Part shown: positions 8,446 to 16,366 of the stretch, piece after piece
Position numbering within the stretch: position 1 is the stretch's first letter
Layout: each line of letters opens with the position of its first letter
Source: a virus
Lineage: Duplodnaviria; Caudoviricetes
Length of the DNA: 53,720 nt
Strand: one strand, 5' to 3'
IMG/VR virus record: IMGVR_UViG_3300025809_000027
Location: 1-53,720 of that record
Notes under the pieces: model-generated
The model's database searches: none
The model's input: only the letters and a program-made list of their open reading frames with translations
Told to the model about the DNA's origin: nothing
Program-made: the position numbers and the translations under genes

Positions 8446-8635
8446 TAACGTTACTTGTGTATGATTAGTAGCGAATTATTAAAACTAAAACTTATAAAAA
8501 TGAAAGAAATAAACACACAAATTATCCAAACAGGATTTACACTTGATAGATTGCACCAAGATGGCAAAATAGACAATGAAGCCTACACAATTTTAAAAAA
8601 TAGGAATAAACAAGCTATTAATTATACACGTTGTT
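8446..8635. repeat. attC-like hairpin site C (long loop)
   Basis: TAAC-GTTACTT-GTGTATGATTAGTAGC ... GCTATTAATTATACAC-GTT-GTT; the loop contains ATG 8500. Confidence 0.8.
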
Positions 8636-8799
8636 CTGAGCTTTTGATTTGCCTTGACAATGGTAATTATGAAATGCTAACAAACTATAAATTATACAAG
8701 TTAGTTTCTGAAAGTAAAGGTTATTATAATCTATATGATGATGATGGAAAATTAGTTCAAATGAGCAAAGTTCGCTTCAAAAAAGTAGTGGCAAATTAA
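8500..8799 (+). CDS. Hypothetical protein (cassette cargo); ATG 8500 preferred over GTG 8455
   Basis: A-rich leader before ATG 8500; QAINYTRCS is encoded by the hairpin arm. Confidence 0.7.
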   Translation: MKEINTQIIQTGFTLDRLHQDGKIDNEAYTILKNRNKQAINYTRCSELLICLDNGNYEMLTNYKLYKLVSESKGYYNLYDDDGKLVQMSKVRFKKVVAN

Positions 8800-8807
8800 T
8801 TACTTAG

Positions 8808-8851
8808 AACACCCGTATAAAAGCCGTTTCAATGGCGGTTTATACTAAGTT
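8808..8851. repeat. Short attC-like hairpin site D
   Basis: AAC-ACCC-GTATAAAAGCCGTT-TC-AATGGCGGTTTATAC-TAA-GTT with an extra G in the 3' arm; its reverse complement resembles site H. Confidence 0.8.
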
Positions 8852-8963
8852 ATTTTTTTAATAGAACAAAACATGAAAAAACTAAAAGTATTAATAATAT
8901 TCCTGTTTGGCGAAAGAGTCAAAAGCAAAAGAAAATTTTGGAATCCAGAAATAAAAGGAACTA

Positions 8964-9185
8964 GTGGATGATGTCTTAATAGTCCCTGAGCTTATTAAAT
9001 CATCAAAAGGCAATAGGTACTATATTTTTCGACCCAATGGACAAGAAGTAGCGATAGAGATTAAAAATAATATTCTAGACCCTCAATTCCCTCTCACTCA
9101 AATTGAAAGAGAATTTATTTACAGAAATATACAACCGTTTAAAACGAACAACCCTGAATTATTAAAGATTAAAATAAATGGCTAA
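8964..9185 (+). CDS. Hypothetical protein
   Basis: ORF overlapping the start of the replication gene. Confidence 0.55.
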   Translation: MDDVLIVPELIKSSKGNRYYIFRPNGQEVAIEIKNNILDPQFPLTQIEREFIYRNIQPFKTNNPELLKIKING

Positions 9186-9930
9186 CCGATTAACAAGTAC
9201 CGACAAATATGCAGATTCGTGGTTTATTGAATTAGAAACGATAGAGAAGCTTGTGTTTTATTACTTAATTGACCACGTAGATAATGCAGGCTTTTATGAA
9301 ATATCGATAAGACACATACAATTTCACTTAGGAATTAGTAAGGATGAAATTTTAAGGGCTATAAAGGGGCTGTGTAGGGGTTTATTAGGGGCTGATTCTG
9401 AAATTAAAAACGGAGATAAAATATTTTTAAAGAATTTCTTAAAACACCAGAAGATGCAACCTTTAAACCCTTTTAACTCTTTTCATTCCAATGCTTTAAA
9501 GTCTTTTGAGTTGAATATTGATTTTGTAAATAAACACCCTTTTATTCAAAAATTAAAGGTTTACGGTGAAAAAAAATTAGATGGAAAAGTTGTAAAAACA
9601 ATAGATACAAATTTAATTAATTACATAAATAAAAAACAGGGGCTAGAAAGCCCCTTAGTAGAAGTAGAAGTAAAAGTAGAAGTAGAAGTAAAGGATATTC
9701 CAAATAAAAAAGAGTTTTTAGAATTTGCAAAATTGAAAATTGAAAATATCGACTTGGAAGATGTGGGATTGAAATACGAAGCATGGAAATCTAGTGATTG
9801 GCATACAGGCGGTGAAAAACCTCGAAAGATTAAGAATTGGAAAACAACGCTGTTAAATACTCTGCCGCATTTAAAAAAAACAACCGTAAAAAAAACAGGA
9901 AAACTTAACGCATATAACCCGAACAAATGA
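9178..9930 (+). CDS. Phage replication initiator
   Basis: N-terminal wHTH-like region (DSWFIEL...YLIDHVDNAG), low-complexity linker, C-terminal KIKNWK motif; internal iterons; followed by a loader ATPase. Confidence 0.75.
   Translation: MANRLTSTDKYADSWFIELETIEKLVFYYLIDHVDNAGFYEISIRHIQFHLGISKDEILRAIKGLCRGLLGADSEIKNGDKIFLKNFLKHQKMQPLNPFNSFHSNALKSFELNIDFVNKHPFIQKLKVYGEKKLDGKVVKTIDTNLINYINKKQGLESPLVEVEVKVEVEVKDIPNKKEFLEFAKLKIENIDLEDVGLKYEAWKSSDWHTGGEKPRKIKNWKTTLLNTLPHLKKTTVKKTGKLNAYNPNK
9354..9655. promoter_or_regulatory. Putative replication origin iterons
   Basis: Four AGGGGCT-like repeats at an 11-bp period (9354-9393) and an inverted pair AGGGGCT-AGAA-AGCCCCT (9638-9655). Confidence 0.65.
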
Positions 9931-10682
9931 TTTCAACTAGAAAATACAGACTGATGAAGCGGTTCAGAGGAACGCTGACAACTGAGCAAGAAAGCCAAAT
10001 ATCTGAGTATGAAAATTCTACCCTGTCCGTAAAATTCAGCGAACCAGAACCAGAGGAAATACCCCTCACGAGACTGCCATTCGACTGGTTACAAAGAATG
10101 TTTATGAAGTGTTGGAAAATCAACGAAGGAAAAGATTTAATCTTCACAGAATCTACGAAACCAATCTACAGGGCTTTGACTCAGTATTTCGCAAGGAGTG
10201 AAAATTTTACAAACACGAATATTACCACAAATATACCCGAGCTTAAAAAAGGGCTTTTAATTATTGGCGATTATGGATGCGGCAAAACATCAATGCTAAG
10301 AGCTTTTCAAATGGTGGGTAAGGCACTGCTGCCAGATCCTATACTTTGGTTTAATAGCGTGTCCTGTAATGCCTTAGTAATGGAGTTTGAGGGCATGGAC
10401 ACAAAAGATAAATCAGCAAAGAAACATTTCTTTCAAAAATACAACAAAGCTGCTGTAATGTATTTTGATGATTTCGGCACAGAATCCAATGCTTCAAATT
10501 TTGGAATTAAAAACTTAATGAAAGACATTCTGGAAGAAAGGTATGCGAATAATAAGCGAACATTTTTGACAAGTAATTTATCACTACCAGAAATTCAAGA
10601 AAAGTACGGAGACAGAGTGTATGACCGACTTCAAGAAATGTTTAACATAATTCAAATGTCTGGGGATAGCTTCAGACGTTAG
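9927..10682 (+). CDS. DnaC/IstB-like AAA+ helicase loader
   Basis: Walker A GDYGCGKT, Walker B YFDDFGTE, TSNL, YGDRVYDRL. Confidence 0.85.
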   Translation: MISTRKYRLMKRFRGTLTTEQESQISEYENSTLSVKFSEPEPEEIPLTRLPFDWLQRMFMKCWKINEGKDLIFTESTKPIYRALTQYFARSENFTNTNITTNIPELKKGLLIIGDYGCGKTSMLRAFQMVGKALLPDPILWFNSVSCNALVMEFEGMDTKDKSAKKHFFQKYNKAAVMYFDDFGTESNASNFGIKNLMKDILEERYANNKRTFLTSNLSLPEIQEKYGDRVYDRLQEMFNIIQMSGDSFRR

Positions 10683-10704
10683 ACAAAGCAAAACAAGAAC
10701 TAAA

Positions 10705-11028
10705 ATGAGCCTAGAAAAAATAACACCAAAAAACACGGAGTACGCAAAGCAGACTTTAAGAAATAGAGGTGATATGTTTAGCGTCTATATTTTAAAGCTA
10801 ATAGAAAGCTTTGAAAACTCGAAAGACAACCCGATCAAAGACAATCGAATAGTGAGCGACCGAACGTTTGCATATCGTTTAAAGTCTCATCTGAAAGATG
10901 TTAGAGCGGAATGTCAGATGGGACAGGAGGAACTCGAATATCTTACAGGGGTTGCAGACAGGCTCTTAGAATATCAAAAACAAACAATGCCAGACGATGA
11001 GAAATGGTTTTTTAAGAATCTTCAGTAA
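10705..11028 (+). CDS. Hypothetical protein
   Basis: ORF whose stop codon is the TAA of site E. Confidence 0.7.
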   Translation: MSLEKITPKNTEYAKQTLRNRGDMFSVYILKLIESFENSKDNPIKDNRIVSDRTFAYRLKSHLKDVRAECQMGQEELEYLTGVADRLLEYQKQTMPDDEKWFFKNLQ

Positions 11029-11116
11029 CGGGTTTGGCTATGATTATGTAGCCTTGAAACACAGAACTTTGAATTAAATATAAACTTTAATAAGGGTATT
11101 AATTATAGCCCTTGTT
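11026..11116. repeat. attC-like hairpin site E
   Basis: TAAC-GGGTTT-GGCTATGATTATGTAGCC ... GGGTATTAATTATAGCC-CTT-GTT. Confidence 0.8.
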
Positions 11117-11132
11117 AGCAACTTTTAAAATT

Positions 11133-11276
11133 ATGGATTATACAATAACTTATACTTATAAAGACAAAGAAGACACTATACTATTACAAGATACGCAAAA
11201 CATACTCGGAGCAATAGGGCAATTTTACGAAGACCATGTTAGAGAATGTAGAATAATAAAGATTGAAGAATACTAG
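11133..11276 (+). CDS. 47 aa cassette cargo protein (not in the ORF track)
   Basis: MDYTITYTYKDKEDTILLQDTQNILGAIGQFYEDHVRECRIIKIEEY fills the space between sites E and F. Confidence 0.65.
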   Translation: MDYTITYTYKDKEDTILLQDTQNILGAIGQFYEDHVRECRIIKIEEY

Positions 11277-11295
11277 TAATTTTTATTGTGGGTAA

Positions 11296-11480
11296 AACGG
11301 TTTGTGTATGGGTAGGTTTTTGACTTTGAATAATGAACTAAATTGATAGATATGGTACAAGAAATAGAAATGACAAAAGAAGAGCAAATGACAATGTATA
11401 TGAAATGCTCGAAAAAAGAACTGTGTGAAATGCTGATTGAAGCAAATAGGCACTTAAAAAACTTACCTATACACGTTGTT
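11296..11480. repeat. attC-like hairpin site F (long loop)
   Basis: AAC-GGTTT-GTGTATGGGTAGGTTTTT ... AAAAACTTACCTATACAC-GTT-GTT; the loop contains ATG 11352. Confidence 0.8.
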
Positions 11481-11600
11481 ACCCAACAAAGTGAACTGGT
11501 TTGTGATTGTTTGCCAATGAGTACGCAAGTAAGCACTATAAATGGTAGATACATTTGCTGTACTTGTAATAAACCACTCTTATCACAAACTTGTGGCTAA
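11352..11600 (+). CDS. Small Cys-rich (Zn-binding?) cassette cargo protein
   Basis: CDC...CCTC; the stop TAA overlaps the terminal half site. Confidence 0.65.
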   Translation: MVQEIEMTKEEQMTMYMKCSKKELCEMLIEANRHLKNLPIHVVTQQSELVCDCLPMSTQVSTINGRYICCTCNKPLLSQTCG

Positions 11601-11636
11601 CTACCGTATATGCGTACTAAAAAGTGTCTTAACGGG
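11598..11636. other. Array-terminal half site, second copy
   Basis: Identical to 1008-1046. Confidence 0.6.
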
Positions 11637-11752
11637 ATTGTATAAGGAACGTTGCGTTTAGGAAACCAAAAATTAACGATTAGAAATAAAGAAAATTAAT
11701 ATTAACAGACCTTTGGTATAGCACAAATTAGCAATGTTTTTTATACGGTGTT
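11630..11752. repeat. attC-like hairpin site G
   Basis: TAAC-GGGATT-GTATAAGGAACGTTGC ... GCAATGTTTTTTATAC-GGT-GTT. Confidence 0.8.
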
Positions 11753-11803
11753 ACCCACTTTTTAAAAAGCCGTGCGTGAGGTACGAGGGCAAATACACAA
11801 ACT

Positions 11804-12730
11804 ATGGAATTTAAAAAATACCAACATTTAGAGAGATTTGGAACTACAGAAGTTCAAAATATTGTATTAGGGAGAACACATATATTCCCAAAAATTGACG
11901 GAACAAATGCAAGTGTTTGGATTAATGACAAAGGAGAAATACAAGCAGGAAGCAGAAAAAGACATTTAACTTTAGACGCTGATAATGCAGGTTTTTACGC
12001 TTGGGTTAAAGAACAAAATAATTTATTAAAATACTTAACAGAAAATCCAACACATAGACTTTATGGCGAATGGCTTGTACCACATTCTCTTAAAACCTAT
12101 AAAAAAGATGCGTGGCGAAACTTCTACATTTTTGATGTAGCTATTGACAAAGAAGAGTCTGAAATAACACACGAAGGCGATGATAAAATTAAATATTTAC
12201 CTTATGATGAATACAAACCACGACTTGAAGAAAAAGGTTTGAATTTCATTGCACCAATTAGTATAATTACAAATGCAAGTTATGAGCAATTAGTAAATCA
12301 ATTAATGAAAAACGTTTTTTTAATTGAAGATGGTAAAGGAGTTGGAGAAGGTATTGTGATTAAAAACTATGACTTTAAAAATAAATACGGAAGAAATACA
12401 TTTGCTAAAATTGTAACCTCTGAATTTAAAGAAAAACACTCTAAAGTTATGGGTGCCTCTGAAATTAAAGGTAAAAAGATGGTTGAAGAAGAGATTGCGA
12501 AAGAGTTTGTTACAACCGCTTTAGTTGATAAGGTTTACGCTAAAATTGAAAATGAAAGTGGTTTTAATAGTAGAGCAATACCAAGATTATTAAATACTGT
12601 TTTTTATGATGTAGTAAAAGAAGACGCTTGGAACTTTGTTAAGAAGCACAAAAACCCAAGTATAAATTTTAAAACATTACAACACTTTGTTTTTGTAGAA
12701 GTAAAAGAGAAAGCACCGCAATTATTTTAA
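11804..12730 (+). CDS. ATP-dependent RNA ligase (Rnl2-like nucleotidyltransferase)
   Basis: Motif I PKIDGTN, III YGEW, IIIa FDV, IV EGIVIK, V AKIVTSEFKE. Confidence 0.85.
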   Translation: MEFKKYQHLERFGTTEVQNIVLGRTHIFPKIDGTNASVWINDKGEIQAGSRKRHLTLDADNAGFYAWVKEQNNLLKYLTENPTHRLYGEWLVPHSLKTYKKDAWRNFYIFDVAIDKEESEITHEGDDKIKYLPYDEYKPRLEEKGLNFIAPISIITNASYEQLVNQLMKNVFLIEDGKGVGEGIVIKNYDFKNKYGRNTFAKIVTSEFKEKHSKVMGASEIKGKKMVEEEIAKEFVTTALVDKVYAKIENESGFNSRAIPRLLNTVFYDVVKEDAWNFVKKHKNPSINFKTLQHFVFVEVKEKAPQLF

Positions 12731-12739
12731 AGCAATATT

Positions 12740-12768
12740 TAAAGTGGTCAAATTCGACCACTTTAAAA
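12740..12768. repeat. Near-perfect palindrome, copy 2
   Basis: Identical to 2878-2906. Confidence 0.8.
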
Positions 12769-12791
12769 AACTAAAAAAACTAAAAAAAACA

Positions 12792-13112
12792 ATGAACATA
12801 ACAGATAAAATAGAAAAAATAATAGAAGAACTAGAAAAAGAAAAAGGAACAAAACAGGATATTACCTGGCATCAAATAGCTATAAGATTAGCTCAAAATA
12901 CAACAAAATCGTTAACCGCTGATGAATTGATAAAATCGTTAGGTACGCCAGAACTTGAGAATGAATACATACTAAAACCAGATAAGGACGGAACTTGGTG
13001 GATAGAACACAAACACGTTGGAAGTGGCGAACCATTAAAACAATGGTTAACAAATAGAGGAATATGGGAAACTTATCCAGAAGATCCCGCTCCGCAAAGT
13101 CTCCCGACTTAG
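12792..13112 (+). CDS. Hypothetical protein (ATG 12792 preferred over GTG 12744)
   Basis: A-rich leader before ATG; ends just before the half site at 13118. Confidence 0.6.
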   Translation: MNITDKIEKIIEELEKEKGTKQDITWHQIAIRLAQNTTKSLTADELIKSLGTPELENEYILKPDKDGTWWIEHKHVGSGEPLKQWLTNRGIWETYPEDPAPQSLPT

Positions 13113-13117
13113 CGAAG

Positions 13118-13130
13118 TAACTACCGTATA
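13118..13130. other. Array-terminal half site TAACTACCGTATA, third copy
   Basis: Exact 13-mer. Confidence 0.55.
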
Positions 13131-13225
13131 AAAGAGTAAAAATCTTTAAATAATATTCAAAAAAACATCTTATTTATTGGTAATTCCATAAAAGCATTAA
13201 AATACTAAAGTTTTTTCAAATAAAA

Positions 13226-13257
13226 CTTGTATATATTTAAGTAAACACGTATCTTTG
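13226..13257 (+). promoter_or_regulatory. Bacteroidetes sigma-A-type promoter
   Basis: CTTG-N20-TATCTTTG. Confidence 0.65.
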
Positions 13258-13296
13258 AAGTGTTGCAAGGAAGCAATGAAACTAAAAAACAACAAT

Positions 13297-13434
13297 ATGG
13301 GAACTACAATGAAATTAGCAATCGAAACTTACGCAAACTTAACTAACAGAGCTTTTAATGAAGTATTAGAGCAAATGCAAACATGTGAAGTTATTCAGAA
13401 ATCAATAATGAAACTAATGTTTTGTGTAGCGTAA
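13297..13434 (+). CDS. 45 aa hypothetical protein (not in the ORF track)
   Basis: MGTTMKLAIETYANLTNRAFNEVLEQMQTCEVIQKSIMKLMFCVA directly after the promoter. Confidence 0.55.
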   Translation: MGTTMKLAIETYANLTNRAFNEVLEQMQTCEVIQKSIMKLMFCVA

Positions 13435-13469
13435 TGCCTCAACAGTGAGCACCATCTAAATTAAATGTT

Positions 13470-13958
13470 ATGACAAATTTTGAAAAAGTAGAATACAACG
13501 AAAGTTTTAAAGAAAGTAAAATAAATGAAGTGATTGAATGGAAAAATGAAAATTTTCCAGAATTAAAAATTTCACAAGTAAAAGTTTCTTATATAAATGG
13601 AGAGTCTGTTTATTTTTCATTATCCAATGAAGTTAAATCAATATCTGTTAGAGTTTCTGATCACATGAACGGAAGTGGATGGGGATTCACAAGCGGAACT
13701 CTTGGAGATTCAATAAGTAAGCGAGTTTTACCAACAATGGAACTTGACTACTATTTTAATGGGGGCAGAATAGAATATACCCCAACGGATTACAAGAGAG
13801 TGATAAGTGAATTGCCAGAGCAAATGTTTGAGAGTCAAAAGGACAACTATTCTAAAGTGAAAATAGAGTCAACGAGATGGACAAAAAAAGGGACAAAAAT
13901 GATTACATATAGCCACGAAAAAGGAATCTCATTCAAACAGGTTCTCGTTAAAAAATAA
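13470..13958 (+). CDS. Hypothetical protein (RVSDH motif)
   Basis: ORF containing SVYF...VRVSDH. Confidence 0.7.
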   Translation: MTNFEKVEYNESFKESKINEVIEWKNENFPELKISQVKVSYINGESVYFSLSNEVKSISVRVSDHMNGSGWGFTSGTLGDSISKRVLPTMELDYYFNGGRIEYTPTDYKRVISELPEQMFESQKDNYSKVKIESTRWTKKGTKMITYSHEKGISFKQVLVKK

Positions 13959-13991
13959 TATAAAAAATATAAATTTTAAAACCTAACAATT

Positions 13992-14321
13992 ATGAAAAAA
14001 GTAAACTTAAATTTAAGAATGTACGATCAAAGACTCTCGAACAAAGTAGAAGAGTTGAAAGAAATTTTTCAATATGCAGATGATGTGCAGCTTTATTACG
14101 TCTCAAAGTCCTTCAGCGGGCACGGGCATTACAGAATTACTCTGGAATTAATTCTTAACGGAACTTCAAAAACATTCTCTACAGTAATAGACAACATGGG
14201 AGTAATTGATGATTGGAGTGATGAAGATGGCAATGTAACGGCAGAAACGATCATGTATGTAATTGGAAAATTTGAAGATCAAATTGATGAATATTTAATT
14301 GAAATATCTGAAAAAGCATAA
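13992..14321 (+). CDS. Hypothetical acidic protein
   Basis: ORF in operon. Confidence 0.7.
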   Translation: MKKVNLNLRMYDQRLSNKVEELKEIFQYADDVQLYYVSKSFSGHGHYRITLELILNGTSKTFSTVIDNMGVIDDWSDEDGNVTAETIMYVIGKFEDQIDEYLIEISEKA

Positions 14322-14340
14322 ATTTTAAAACCCAAAAATC

Positions 14341-14613
14341 ATGAAAAATTACAAATTAGTGTGGAGAAACGAAAATTCACAAGAACTAGACTTAAATTAT
14401 GGTAACGCAAAAATCAAAACAGAATTTGACGATTTAAAAGACGCCTACAATGCTTTTAAAAAACTAGATGTAAATAGTTTTGATTTTGAAGAGGGACATG
14501 AGTATGAGCTATGTAAGATTGTTGATGGACAGCATACCGATTGGAGCGATGAAGAGTTGAAATCAATTAATCAACCTCTGAATACTTGGATAACAAAAAC
14601 TCAAAAAGCATAA
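14341..14613 (+). CDS. Hypothetical protein
   Basis: ORF in operon. Confidence 0.7.
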   Translation: MKNYKLVWRNENSQELDLNYGNAKIKTEFDDLKDAYNAFKKLDVNSFDFEEGHEYELCKIVDGQHTDWSDEELKSINQPLNTWITKTQKA

Positions 14614-14880
14614 ATGAAAAACTACAAAGAAAAATCAAAAGTAGGGCAGCAATTAACGATGTCCTATTTAAAAAAAAGAATGAAGGAAAAAAAAGTAACC
14701 ATCAGAAAGCTCGTTATAATCCTAGAGGTCAGCGAGCCCACTCTAATAGGTTATTTTAAACTAAAAACACCAATGCCGCTAGGTGTGTACTTAGAGATAT
14801 GTGGGGCTTTAGACTTAAGACCTTATCTCATTCCATCGGAAAGTGATAACACCGAAATGAAAAGTATGTTTTTCAGTTAA
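14614..14880 (+). CDS. XRE-family HTH protein
   Basis: VTIRKLVIILEVSEPTLIGYF...YLEICGALD. Confidence 0.75.
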   Translation: MKNYKEKSKVGQQLTMSYLKKRMKEKKVTIRKLVIILEVSEPTLIGYFKLKTPMPLGVYLEICGALDLRPYLIPSESDNTEMKSMFFS

Positions 14881-14907
14881 ATATTTTTATTACTCTATAA
14901 GAATCAC

Positions 14908-14965
14908 TATATTTGTATTCCAACGCAGTAACTAATGGTCAATCCAGAAGGTTACTGCGTTTTTT
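14908..14965 (+). promoter_or_regulatory. -7 promoter box followed by a leader hairpin with a T-run
   Basis: TATATTTG, then AACGCAGTAAC...GTTACTGCGTT-TTTT. Confidence 0.55.
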
Positions 14966-15006
14966 AGTTTCTAAAAGTACCGTAATTTCTGGAAAACAAA
15001 AACGGT

Positions 15007-15402
15007 ATGGAGGTTATCAGACAAATAAAAGAAATTAAAAACATAGACACACTACTAGACACCGCATGGAGTCAATTAGTCAAGCTATTGGGAAACAATA
15101 AGTGCGCCTACTGCAACAGCGAACAAGACTTACACTCACACCACATTCACACACGCAAGAACAAATCGACCAGATGGGACACAGACAACGGCATTTGTTT
15201 GTGTGCAGATCACCACGTTCACAATATTTTTTTCTCAGCTCACAGGACTCCGTATAAGTTCTTACGATGGATGTATGTGTTAAAGGGCATAGTGTTTATG
15301 CAGAAATTAGTAATCAAAGCAAACTCAACAGTAAAGCGTTTCAACTTTGAAAAACAAGAATTGCTAAAGGAATTACAAACTCAAATCAATGAATTTAAAT
15401 GA
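15007..15402 (+). CDS. NinG/Rap-like HNH endonuclease
   Basis: LDTAWS...CAYC...HHIH...TRWDTDNGICLCADHH. Confidence 0.8.
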   Translation: MEVIRQIKEIKNIDTLLDTAWSQLVKLLGNNKCAYCNSEQDLHSHHIHTRKNKSTRWDTDNGICLCADHHVHNIFFSAHRTPYKFLRWMYVLKGIVFMQKLVIKANSTVKRFNFEKQELLKELQTQINEFK

Positions 15403-15578
15403 GCCTAGTACTAGACATACAAGGAAACAAGACCTTCATAGACTGCAATGGAAAGAAGACAGAGCACAGAACAGTCTTCATAAAAAAAATGACAGTGAAT
15501 GATTTATTGTTGTATGTGAATTATAAACCTTTAAAAAACAGTCTCCACCCCGTGTGGAAAGTAGACCTTAACAGATAG
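15399..15578 (+). CDS. 59 aa hypothetical protein (not in the ORF track)
   Basis: ATGA overlap with the NinG-like gene. Confidence 0.5.
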   Translation: MSLVLDIQGNKTFIDCNGKKTEHRTVFIKKMTVNDLLLYVNYKPLKNSLHPVWKVDLNR

Positions 15579-15702
15579 AAAAATAAAATCATGAAAAAAA
15601 GAAACCGAGGCAAAGAAACTTCTAATAACATTATAGCGTGGTGTACGGTAGGCTTTGTAATTACACTTATTTGCTACAAACTGTTAAATTAAAAAAAGAT
15701 AT

Positions 15703-16344
15703 ATGAATTTAGAATCAGACAACAATTTTGATTTAGGAATATGGGGAGATCAGCCAGACGTCATTACTCAAGATGGTGTTGAGGTATCAAGGGAGACTAT
15801 TTTAAAACAACGGGCGTTAAAGCGTGTTGTTAAAAACGACAACATTCATTATATAAAAGCTAAGGCATTATCTGACTTATGCGAGAGACCAAAAAAAAAT
15901 CAACAATATAGAATAATAACCGAAAAGCAATTTAATGCATACGCTTTAATTCTTCATTTGTTGCAGTCTGAACAAATAATAGAAATGCATTTAGCTATCT
16001 ACAGAATCAATCAACCAACTGTTGACAGCTTAATAGACTTAATTCAGAGCGGTAAAATTCAAAAAGCAACTTTTATTATTTCTAACTTTTTTAACCAAAC
16101 AAAAAAACCAGAAAAATGGGCAATAAAATTAAGAGAATTTTGCGACCAAAACACACAATGCAGCCATGTATATACTCACAACCACAGCAAGGTGCTTGCT
16201 GTTAAAATGAAAACTGGTCATTATATTTTTGAGGGAAGTGGTAACATGAGTGACAATGCTCGTATTGAACAATACGTTTATGAAGAATCAAAACAAACGT
16301 ATGAGTTCCATAAATCATGGATGAACGAATTATTAACGAAGTAA
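15703..16344 (+). CDS. Phospholipase D-like (HKD-type) nuclease-fold protein
   Basis: NHSKV...EGSGNM...RIE resembles the HxK...GSxN...E signature, with the Asp missing. Confidence 0.7.
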   Translation: MNLESDNNFDLGIWGDQPDVITQDGVEVSRETILKQRALKRVVKNDNIHYIKAKALSDLCERPKKNQQYRIITEKQFNAYALILHLLQSEQIIEMHLAIYRINQPTVDSLIDLIQSGKIQKATFIISNFFNQTKKPEKWAIKLREFCDQNTQCSHVYTHNHSKVLAVKMKTGHYIFEGSGNMSDNARIEQYVYEESKQTYEFHKSWMNELLTK

Positions 16345-16366
16345 TTGAAACCAAAAAACTCAACAA

